A stretch of DNA of 64,000 bases from Spirochaetota bacterium (GTDB lineage Bacteria; Spirochaetota; UBA4802; UBA5368). This document shows positions 26,597 through 34,827 of the stretch, one piece after another. The notes under the pieces were generated by a model. It saw only the letters and a list, made by a program, of their open reading frames with translations. It was not told the DNA's origin and did no database searches. The position numbers were made by a program, and so were the translations under genes. The stretch is from assembly GCA_004297825.1 (NCBI GenBank), contig SCSX01000084.1:42862-106861 (forward strand), in the 5' to 3' direction. How positions within the stretch are numbered: the stretch's first letter is position 1; each line of letters begins with the position of its first letter.

Positions 26597-28003
26597 TTAA
26601 AGTAACGCCGCGGCTTTCTGGAAAAGGGCCTGCACGAAGAATGGCATGGACACGCCCATGGAGAGCAGAAGCGCAAGGAAGGCGAACTGCGGCAGGTATG
26701 AAAGCACCCCCGCGCCGTGCGCCGCCGGGCCGTCGGTGGAGGCGCCAAAGCTCATCCGCAGCACCGCTTTGCCGATTCCTGCCATGTTGATCGTCAGTAA
26801 AAGGAGAAAGAGGACCATGTGGACGAACATCCCCGCGTCAAACATCGACTTCGCCGCAAGGAACTCGCTCAGGAATATGGGAAACGGCGGGATGCCCACG
26901 ATGCCGGCGAAGCAAAGCATCCAGAGCCACCCCGTTGCGGGTTCGGACCGGAGCAGTCCCCGTACGTCCTCGATCTGCTTGGATTTAAAGCGGTGCAGGA
27001 TATTCCCCGAGGTGAGAAAGAAAGCCGCCTTGGTCAGCGAGTGCGCCGCCAGGTGGAGCATGGCGGCGAAAAGGCCCGCCCCGCCGACCCCGAGGCAAAT
27101 GGCGATGATCCCCATGTTCTCGATGGAAGAATAGGCGAGCATTCGCTTGTAGTTTTTGATATTGATGATGTATACCGCGGAAACGAAAATCGAGATGAAG
27201 CCGATCACGAGCAGAAGGTTGTCTGCATACCATCGCATTCCCGCCAGACTCATGAGCTTGTTAATACGCGCGATACCCAATAATGCCGCATTGAGAAGCG
27301 TCCCCGAGAGGAGTGCCGAAACCGGCGAGGGCGACTCCGAGTGTGCGTCGGGCAGCCAGGCGTGCACGGGGGCGAAACCCACCTTGGTGCCGAACCCCAC
27401 GAGCATTAATGGAAAGGATAGCTTCAGCCAGTAGGGGGTAATATTCCGCGCTCCCGCGTAAAGGTCGTCAAAGAAAAGAGAGCCCGAATCTCCCAGCCCC
27501 ATCGAAAGGACGATGATGCCGACGAATGCCAGGGCGATTCCGATCGAACAAATAAACAGGTATTTCCAGGTCGCCTCGAGCGAGGCCTCCGAATGGCTGA
27601 AATAAATAAGATACGAGCTCGAAAGCGTCGTGGCCTCAACGAAGACCCAGAGGAGCGCGAGGTGCGTGGAAAGAATCACCCCGGTCATGGAGGCGACGAA
27701 AACCAGGATATTCGCGGTAAAAAGCGACTGGCTCTTGGCCGGGGCTTCATTGTTTTTCAGGTAGTCGACAAGAAATACCGCCACCCCGAGGAAGACGACG
27801 GCCAGGACAAGAAGAAAAAGTACGTTAAGATCGTCGATTCTGAAATACGGGGTGAACGATGCCGGGTTGAAATACAACAAAATAGAGACAGCCATGAATG
27901 CCGCCGCATAGGACACCGTCACGATGATATTCAGCGCCTTGTTCCTCACAACGAGAACTACTATAGAAAGCGCTATCGGGAGAAATAGTAAAGTTTCTAT
28001 CAT
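26597..28003 (-). CDS. NuoN/HyfF-like antiporter-type membrane subunit
   Basis: 468 aa, polytopic. Mrp/complex-I antiporter-like signature (FGTKVGFAPVHAWLPDAH). Confidence 0.75.
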   Translation of the reverse strand: MIETLLFLPIALSIVVLVVRNKALNIIVTVSYAAAFMAVSILLYFNPASFTPYFRIDDLNVLFLLVLAVVFLGVAVFLVDYLKNNEAPAKSQSLFTANILVFVASMTGVILSTHLALLWVFVEATTLSSSYLIYFSHSEASLEATWKYLFICSIGIALAFVGIIVLSMGLGDSGSLFFDDLYAGARNITPYWLKLSFPLMLVGFGTKVGFAPVHAWLPDAHSESPSPVSALLSGTLLNAALLGIARINKLMSLAGMRWYADNLLLVIGFISIFVSAVYIINIKNYKRMLAYSSIENMGIIAICLGVGGAGLFAAMLHLAAHSLTKAAFFLTSGNILHRFKSKQIEDVRGLLRSEPATGWLWMLCFAGIVGIPPFPIFLSEFLAAKSMFDAGMFVHMVLFLLLLTINMAGIGKAVLRMSFGASTDGPAAHGAGVLSYLPQFAFLALLLSMGVSMPFFVQALFQKAAALL

Positions 28004-28007
28004 GGCC

Positions 28008-28643
28008 TTAATCCTTTAATTTCGCGAGCGTGTTGATGTGGGTGTCGGAGTACGAATCCTGCACTTTATTGATGAATAGCCCGAGCAGGTACACGGCGAT
28101 AAAGATGTCCAGGAGCACGCCCATCGCGACGATGAAGGGCATTTCGCGCGCAATGGAAAGCGCCAGGAGAAAAATGCCGTTTTCGAGCATCATGTATCCC
28201 ATTACGTGGGTAATGATTTTTTTGCGCGAGATAATTATGAACAGTCCCGTTACAATAGTGGAGATGGAAATGCCGAAGTAGAAGGGTCTGATATTACTTA
28301 CCGTCCCCGCGGACCAGTAGGCGATGTAGAAACCGGCAGCGAAAATCGCGGTCGTGATCGCGAGGGATGAATGATTTGTTACATAGGGATCAATCTCGCG
28401 GTAGATGCCGTTTTTGCGGATTACATACATGAGAAAGATCGGAATCGCTATGGCCTTGACGACGAGCGTTTCAAATGAAAGGAATATCAGGTTCGGAAGG
28501 TTGGTCGTTCCGTAATCGAACAATACCAGGAGAAACAGGATTACCCCCTGTGCCGCTATCGCCTTGACATAGCTTTCAATGCGCGTGGTGACTGAAACGT
28601 ACAACATGGTGAGTCCGAAAAGTATTATTATGAATTGGATCAT
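28008..28643 (-). CDS. HyfE-like small membrane subunit
   Basis: 212 aa from MIQFIIILF. About 6 TM helices. Size and operon position match HyfE. Confidence 0.55.
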   Translation of the reverse strand: MIQFIIILFGLTMLYVSVTTRIESYVKAIAAQGVILFLLVLFDYGTTNLPNLIFLSFETLVVKAIAIPIFLMYVIRKNGIYREIDPYVTNHSSLAITTAIFAAGFYIAYWSAGTVSNIRPFYFGISISTIVTGLFIIISRKKIITHVMGYMMLENGIFLLALSIAREMPFIVAMGVLLDIFIAVYLLGLFINKVQDSYSDTHINTLAKLKD

Positions 28644-29560
28644 TTGATGCCTCCCGCAATAAAAAGCACAACGGTTGAAATGATGATGGCCGAAATCGCG
28701 GTCATGAAGAGGAGAAACTGCGGCACATGCGTCATGCGCAACCGCGCTGTGACCGATTCGATGGTACCGATGACGACGGCCAGGAGCGCCTGTACGGCGA
28801 TCATTAGGCCCAGGGAAGCCCACAGGGGAAAGGCTGCCGGGATTACGAGGTTCGCAATGAGGGCGCCTATGACGACCATCTTCATGCCCGCCGCGTACAT
28901 GATGAATCCCATGTCGGGGCCGGAATTGTCGAGGACCATCACCTCGTGTATCATAGTGAGTTCAAGGTGGGTATTCGGGTCGTCCACGGGCACGCGGCAT
29001 CCCTCCGCAAGGAGCATGATGAAAAGTGCGATGATCCCCAGTGGCAATACGAGTATGGCCACATCGCCCCCCTTGGCGATTTCGAATATTCGTTCGAATG
29101 ACAATCCCCCGGATATGAGGCCCAGCGAGGCGATGATGATGAAAAATGCCGGCTCCACCAGCGCGGCAAAAGTCACCTCGCGGCTTGCCCCCATTCCCTC
29201 GAAACTCGAACCGGTATCCAGCGCGCCTACGACGGTAAAGAATCTCCCAATCCCGAGAACATATGCGAAGAGGATAAAATCCGCCTCGAAGGATATGACC
29301 GATTTCCCTCCCGCCAGCGGCGCGATGAGCCCAGCCGTAATGACGGCGGCGAACGTTACCGACGGGGCCAGGCGAAAGACGAAGGATGAAGTAGAGCTTA
29401 TCACTTCACCCTTTTTCATGAGCTTCATGAAGTCCCTGAAAGGCTGCATGATAGACGGGCCCTTCCGCCCTGCCCAGCGGGACTTTATTCGATTTATAAA
29501 CCCAAGAAATAAAAAGGGCATTATAAGAAGCAATGCTATGTTAATGATCGTTATCATCAT
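28640..29560 (-). CDS. NuoH/HycD/HyfC-like membrane subunit
   Basis: About 306 aa from MMITIINIALL. NuoH-type loop motif (RIKSRWAGRKGPSIMQPFRDFMKL). Confidence 0.75.
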   Translation of the reverse strand: MMITIINIALLLIMPFLFLGFINRIKSRWAGRKGPSIMQPFRDFMKLMKKGEVISSTSSFVFRLAPSVTFAAVITAGLIAPLAGGKSVISFEADFILFAYVLGIGRFFTVVGALDTGSSFEGMGASREVTFAALVEPAFFIIIASLGLISGGLSFERIFEIAKGGDVAILVLPLGIIALFIMLLAEGCRVPVDDPNTHLELTMIHEVMVLDNSGPDMGFIMYAAGMKMVVIGALIANLVIPAAFPLWASLGLMIAVQALLAVVIGTIESVTARLRMTHVPQFLLFMTAISAIIISTVVLFIAGGIK

Positions 29561-29561
29561 T

Positions 29562-31553
29562 TCAGACCACCATGATCCAGAGAGTAATCGAGATGAGGAA
29601 TACCAGGCCGTACAGGATGTACTGCTGGGTACTCCCGCTTTGAATCCAGGTAAAGGCATTCATGGACCGTTCGATCATCGAAAGGACGGGGTTGATGATT
29701 CCCCGCTCAAAGCGATCCTCCGCGTGGCTTTCAAAACCGGCTTCCCCGGGAAATAGTCCCTGCGGTTTCGTAAAGTGTATCTTCCAGGAAAAGAGCGGGC
29801 GGAAAATTCTTAAGAACGGCGCTGCGTAGGAAGAGGCGGTATACTGCATCCGTACGTTTCCGGCCTGGTATCCGCAGTCCCATGTTTTATACGTGTAGAC
29901 GCTCCGCTTTCTAAGAAGCAGGGCTCTCAAGAAAAAGATTGCGGCGAAGAGGCCTATGAAGACTGCCAGCCCTTTCGAAACGCCTCCGAGGGTTATAAGA
30001 TAGGGTGATGTGTCCAACGCTTTACCGCCTTCAGGCATAAGCTGCTGCGCCACGAGGGCGACGCCGGACAGGGCGTATTGCGGAAGAACGCCGATCAGGA
30101 CGATCAGCCCCATCTGGATGGCCATGGCGGCCTTCATCGAAAAAGAAACCTCGACCGGAGCTTCATGATACTCGCTTCGGGGGCTTCCCAGGAATACGAC
30201 GCCAAAGACCTTGGTGAAGCACAACAACGCCATGGCGCCGATAAACGCAAGGGACGCGAATGAGAAAACCATTGCGATTGAAAGCAGGGTGTTCCCGGCT
30301 GTGAGACCTTTCAACATCCCCCAGTAAATAAAAAACTCGCTCACGAAGCCGTTGAATGGCGGGAGCCCGCAAATAGCGATCGAACCCACCAGGAAGGCTG
30401 TGGCCGTAAATGCCATGAACTTAACGATGCCGCCCAGCTTTTCGATATCGAGGAGGTGCGTTTTTTGATACACCCCGCCAGTGGCGAAAAAGAGCAGCGA
30501 CTTGAAAATCGAATGGTTGAGCACGTGCAATATCCCGCCGGAATATCCGAGAAGCGCGAGCGGGACGTTCCCGTAAGCGGTTCCCAGCATGCCCAGTCCG
30601 ATGCCAATCCCGATGATACCGATGTTTTCAACGCTGTGATAGGCCAGGAGCCGCTTGATGTTGTGCTGGGCGATGGCGTAGGCGACGCCAAGGATGCCCG
30701 ATATCACCGAAATGATCAGGACGAAATAGGCGATTTCGAAGGCCGGCGTCTGTATCAGAAGCACGGTCCGGAGAATCCCGTATATCCCGGTTTTGATCAT
30801 AATTCCCGACATGAGGCCGGAAATGTGGCTCGGTGCGGCGGGATGCGCCTTGGGAAGCCAGGTATGAAAGGGGACGAAACCCGCCTTCGTGCCGAAGCCT
30901 ATGAACAAGAGCACGAAGACCAGGCTCGCCAGCCCGCGGTGCTCCTGGAATACGGTGGTGAATGAAGCAAAATCGAAACTGCCCGATTGAAACGCGGCGG
31001 CGAGGAACCCGACCATGAGGAAAAGAACCCCGATATGCATGGCGATCAGGTAGTTGATCGAAGCCTGATACACCTCCTCGCTCTCGTTTTCAAACGCCAC
31101 GAGAAAGAAAGAAGAAAGCGACATGATCTCCCAGGCGATGAGGAAGGCAACCGCGTTCTGAAGGGCGATTACGGAAAGCATCGAGGCGATAAGGGCGGCA
31201 AGGAAGAAGAAGTGCGATGTTGTTCCGTTCTTTTTCCCATAGTACGGCTTCATATACCCGATTGCGTATACCGTTCCCAGGAAGCTGATCCCGGCGATGA
31301 CAAGGGAAAAAAAAGCTGCGAGCTTATCGATCACCAGTCTTACCGTGCCGGTGGGGTACGAAAGGACATATGCCGCCGTGATCGGACTTTCCTCGAAAAG
31401 CGCGTTAAGCGAAACCCATGCGATCAGCGCCGCGCCGCAGCCGGTTCCCAAAGCCACGGCCCAGCTCTTCAGCCGCTCGGGGAGAACCATGGAAACGAGG
31501 CCCCCGGCAAGTATAATGCCGATACCGGCTATGAACAGGTCCATCATCTCCAT
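29562..31553 (-). CDS. NuoL/HyfB/HycC-like antiporter-type membrane subunit
   Basis: 663 aa, polytopic. Antiporter-module signature (GFGTKAGFVPFHTWLPKAH). Confidence 0.8.
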   Translation of the reverse strand: MEMMDLFIAGIGIILAGGLVSMVLPERLKSWAVALGTGCGAALIAWVSLNALFEESPITAAYVLSYPTGTVRLVIDKLAAFFSLVIAGISFLGTVYAIGYMKPYYGKKNGTTSHFFFLAALIASMLSVIALQNAVAFLIAWEIMSLSSFFLVAFENESEEVYQASINYLIAMHIGVLFLMVGFLAAAFQSGSFDFASFTTVFQEHRGLASLVFVLLFIGFGTKAGFVPFHTWLPKAHPAAPSHISGLMSGIMIKTGIYGILRTVLLIQTPAFEIAYFVLIISVISGILGVAYAIAQHNIKRLLAYHSVENIGIIGIGIGLGMLGTAYGNVPLALLGYSGGILHVLNHSIFKSLLFFATGGVYQKTHLLDIEKLGGIVKFMAFTATAFLVGSIAICGLPPFNGFVSEFFIYWGMLKGLTAGNTLLSIAMVFSFASLAFIGAMALLCFTKVFGVVFLGSPRSEYHEAPVEVSFSMKAAMAIQMGLIVLIGVLPQYALSGVALVAQQLMPEGGKALDTSPYLITLGGVSKGLAVFIGLFAAIFFLRALLLRKRSVYTYKTWDCGYQAGNVRMQYTASSYAAPFLRIFRPLFSWKIHFTKPQGLFPGEAGFESHAEDRFERGIINPVLSMIERSMNAFTWIQSGSTQQYILYGLVFLISITLWIMVV

Positions 31554-31556
31554 GGC

Positions 31557-32231
31557 TTACCTCTCCCTCCATTCCTTTTCAGCCCGTTCTATATAGTAGA
31601 GAACCACCTCTTTCTTCGGGCGATCCCGAAGCGTTTTCAGAAAATCTTCCTGCTTGCAGAGAAAAGAAATCTTCGACAGGATTTCCAGGTGCCGTTTCGC
31701 GTTAGACGAAATAATGATGAAAAGAGCCTGCACCGGCTCGCCGTCCAGGGCCCTGTAGTCGACGGGGTTTTTCAAAAAACATATGGACACGGATTCGTCG
31801 TCGATGTCCGATATAATCGGATTGCGCGGATGCGGTAGGGCGATCCCCTTGCCCACGGCGGTCGTCATCATTTCTTCCCGCTGAAGAAGCGACGCGAGCA
31901 CCGTGTCCTTGTCAATGCTTTTCGGCAGGGGGATCGTATTTACTACGCCGTCGATCACCCCCCGAACCGTTGCTCCCTCGATGCCGTAATGGATATCGCC
32001 CCGCTTGATGAGGTCGATAAGGGACACCGGCCTTGTCGTCAGGGTGAGGTCCAGTATCTTTTCGGATACGGCAATGTCGTTTCTCAAGATCCATTCGTTC
32101 ACTTCCGCCTTGTTAAAGAAGTACTGGTTTTTGATCTTGTACGACGGCATCTTTTTCTCGTTGATCCACTGCAGAATGGTCTTCTCCGGCACGTCGAACA
32201 GGTCGACGACGTCCTTCATTTTTAAATCCAT
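31557..32231 (-). CDS. Transcriptional regulator: N-terminal excisionase/MerR-type HTH fused to a PTS EIIA type-2 (EIIA-Ntr/fructose) domain
   Basis: 224 aa. HTH (VPEKTILQWINEKKMPSYKI). EIIA-2 domain with a candidate phospho-His in GKGIALPHPRNP. Ends 3 nt before the NuoL-like gene. GAGGAG RBS. Confidence 0.65.
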   Translation of the reverse strand: MDLKMKDVVDLFDVPEKTILQWINEKKMPSYKIKNQYFFNKAEVNEWILRNDIAVSEKILDLTLTTRPVSLIDLIKRGDIHYGIEGATVRGVIDGVVNTIPLPKSIDKDTVLASLLQREEMMTTAVGKGIALPHPRNPIISDIDDESVSICFLKNPVDYRALDGEPVQALFIIISSNAKRHLEILSKISFLCKQEDFLKTLRDRPKKEVVLYYIERAEKEWRER

Positions 32232-32252
32232 CGTGCTCCTCTTCTCGAATCG

Positions 32253-32591
32253 TTATTGCTTATTTTTAATGATGTCTTTGAATGGAATAATCTTCCGATA
32301 TTCCTCTTCATTGTTTTTCTTAGCTTCCCAAAGCGAGATGTCCGACTGCATCCCCAGCCAATATTCCACGGTGGTGTCAAAAAACCGCGCGAGCCTGATT
32401 GCCGTATCGTGAGTGATGGCCCGTTTTCCCAGGACCACCTCGTTGATACGCACTCTCGTTATTCCCAGGTGGTCGGCGAGATCCTGCTGGGTGATCCCCA
32501 GCGGCTCAAGGTATACTGACTTTAATACTTCGCCCGGATGCCGCGGGCGCCGGTCATTGCCGGAATCCTGGTTTTCCCTGTTTTTTTTCAT
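32253..32591 (-). CDS. higA: HigA-family addiction-module antidote protein (VapI-type XRE HTH)
   Basis: 112 aa. HPGEVLKSVYLEPLGITQQDLADHLGITRVRINEVVLGKRAITHDTAIRLARFF..WLGMQ is a close match to the HigA/VapI antidote family. Confidence 0.75.
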   Translation of the reverse strand: MKKNRENQDSGNDRRPRHPGEVLKSVYLEPLGITQQDLADHLGITRVRINEVVLGKRAITHDTAIRLARFFDTTVEYWLGMQSDISLWEAKKNNEEEYRKIIPFKDIIKNKQ

Positions 32592-32679
32592 CCACTCCCC
32601 GCGCGATCAATTTTGAGCGAGAATGTGCGGACATGTATCGAGCAACGTTGCATATTGCAAGCAAAATATAATGGCCCTC

Positions 32680-32883
32680 TTAGGGAATAATCCGGCGGAA
32701 ATGAAACGCAATTAGTGCTTGATGGCCGGCGGGAGCGAATTTATAGTTCGATAAAAGGAGAACGTGGATGCTAGTAAACCTGCGAATACCTGCATCGCTG
32801 ATGCCTTTTCTTTCCATGATTTTGAGCGGGCGCTTTTTTCTGAAAGATGCCATGAATTCATAAACACCAATGGAGCCTGTCAA
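32680..32883 (-). pseudogene. Degenerate higB-like ('plasmid maintenance system killer') toxin remnant
   Basis: The first ~40 aa (MASFRKKRPLKIMERKGISDAGI..) match the killer-protein family N-terminus. The ORF is only 57-67 aa versus ~92, and the central/C-terminal core is missing or scrambled. Confidence 0.4.
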
Positions 32884-33170
32884 TGAAAAAAAATGCCGTG
32901 GATGCTTCCCTTACCATCGAGGAGAAGGCCCTGCTTTCCGCAATAGTTAAGAACAAGTACGAGGGCGGCAATAATTACCCGCGCGCCGCATGGGTCGAAA
33001 TAATCTGCCCGGACAGAAAAGGCAAGGCCGTGCTGAGAGGCCTCTGCGAAAAGGGACTGGCTGAGACCGGCATGGGTGGCACGGTGGCGGGCGACTTCTA
33101 TACCGCCTGCTGGCTGACCGGCGAGGGAGAAGCAGTCTATCGCGGTCTTGAACGTGAAACAGCCGACTAA
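32883..33170 (+). CDS. Hypothetical protein (95 aa)
   Basis: ORF with a start-to-start overlap with the higB remnant. No recognisable domain. Confidence 0.35.
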   Translation: MKKNAVDASLTIEEKALLSAIVKNKYEGGNNYPRAAWVEIICPDRKGKAVLRGLCEKGLAETGMGGTVAGDFYTACWLTGEGEAVYRGLERETAD

Positions 33171-33236
33171 AAATATCTTGCAGATGAATCAACATCGAAT
33201 AGAATGCAGATATTCTAACCGGAAAGGAGAATTCAA

Positions 33237-33452
33237 ATGTGGGAAAAAATCAAGGGGGCGATCATTCCCCATCTTGTCGGATTAGCGCTCATGGCGGGGG
33301 GATGGTTTATCAGCATCACCTACGTGGGCTTCAGGAGATTTGAATCCGATATACTTTTTACGAACATGACCGGACTGGGATTGCTCATGATAATTGTCGG
33401 GGCGTATTTCCCGGATGTATATATCGGTCTCAGGGAGAAGTTCAGGAAATAA
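33237..33452 (+). CDS. Hypothetical small membrane protein (71 aa, 2 TM)
   Basis: Two hydrophobic helices. GGAGAA RBS-like sequence upstream. Confidence 0.35.
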   Translation: MWEKIKGAIIPHLVGLALMAGGWFISITYVGFRRFESDILFTNMTGLGLLMIIVGAYFPDVYIGLREKFRK

Positions 33453-33510
33453 TGAAAACGTGCTTCACCGCAGCGTTCTGAAACATCGCGTGCCCGGTTC
33501 AGCTCCGGGG

Positions 33511-34809
33511 ATGCCCCGCGCCCCGCACTTTACCGCCATCCGCAACACGCTCATACTCATGGTGTTCATCGATGTGGCGGCATTTTCGATCATCTTCCCG
33601 ATTATTCCGGATCTCATGGAGTATTATCTGACCAGGATATTCGCGGCCGGGGTTGACGATCTCAGGCGGGTAACCGTCGCGGGCATATCGCTTTCCCGCG
33701 ACGATGTGGCGGTTATCCTGGGGGGCCTCCTCACCTCGATATGGGCGTTCCTCCAGTTTTTTTCCGCCCCGCTCTGGGGACGGCTTTCCGATAAAATCGG
33801 CAGGAAAAAAATTCTCATGCTCAGCGCGACCGGCCTTTCCCTCGCCCACGTGCTCTGGGGCTTCGCGACATCGCTGCCGGTTTTCTTCGCGTACCGGATG
33901 CTGGGCGGGATCATGGGCGGCCACATCGGCGTCGCCCATGCCGCCATGGCCGATATCACCGAAAAAAAAGACCGCACCCGCTACATGGGGATGCTCGGCG
34001 CGGCGGCCGGCTCCGGGATGATAATAGGTCCCGTGATGGGCGGCCTCCTGGGTCACCCCGCCATGCAGGGGGTTATTTCCGATATTCCTTTTTTCCATCC
34101 CTTTTCACTCTGCGCATTTGCGAGCGCCCTGCTCTTCGCCGTGAACGCGCTCTTTCTGATCCGCATGCCGGAGACGCGCAAAAATCATCGCATGGACGAG
34201 GCCGTGGAATATACGGGGCTCAACCTCCGGCTGGACGTGCCCATTCCCGGCTTCAGGCTCCTTGCGCTTCTTAATTTCATTTATTGCTTTTCGCTGGCGG
34301 GCGTGGAACTGCTCCTCCCGTATTTCTACAAGCAGCGGTACGATCTTCCGCCGTCATCGATCGGCATGGTTTTCCTTTTTATCGGCAGCGTGATGGTGGC
34401 CGCCCAGATCATGCTGATACCGTTTCTCCTGAGGCACATGTCCGAGAAAACCATGATACTCGCGGGGTTTATGATTATCCCGGTCCCGCTGGCGCTCTGC
34501 GTGAATGTTGCGCCCGAAATGGCGTATTCACTGGCGTACATATTTCCGGTCGCGCTCGGCGCATCGGTGATCGGTCCGGCCGTCATGGGGACGACTTCGC
34601 ACCTGGTGCCGCCCGACAGGCAGGGGCATTCTCTTGGCATTCTCACCTCATACGGCTCGCTGGCATACGCCACCGGTCCGCTGATCACATCCGCCCTTTA
34701 CGGCGCAACGGGACTTGACAGCGCCGCGATCATTTCTTCCTGCCTGTTTCTTCTGGGCGCGGGGCTCGCGACGAGAATCGGGGGAACGCAAAAATCGTCA
34801 ACTGCATGA
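33511..34809 (+). CDS. MFS transporter
   Basis: 432 aa from MPRAPHF. 12 predicted TM helices. MFS motif G-x-L-x-D-[RK]-x-G-R-[RK] (GRLSDKIGRKK). Confidence 0.8.
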   Translation: MPRAPHFTAIRNTLILMVFIDVAAFSIIFPIIPDLMEYYLTRIFAAGVDDLRRVTVAGISLSRDDVAVILGGLLTSIWAFLQFFSAPLWGRLSDKIGRKKILMLSATGLSLAHVLWGFATSLPVFFAYRMLGGIMGGHIGVAHAAMADITEKKDRTRYMGMLGAAAGSGMIIGPVMGGLLGHPAMQGVISDIPFFHPFSLCAFASALLFAVNALFLIRMPETRKNHRMDEAVEYTGLNLRLDVPIPGFRLLALLNFIYCFSLAGVELLLPYFYKQRYDLPPSSIGMVFLFIGSVMVAAQIMLIPFLLRHMSEKTMILAGFMIIPVPLALCVNVAPEMAYSLAYIFPVALGASVIGPAVMGTTSHLVPPDRQGHSLGILTSYGSLAYATGPLITSALYGATGLDSAAIISSCLFLLGAGLATRIGGTQKSSTA

Positions 34810-34827
34810 CCGGTGGGCGAATCCGCG

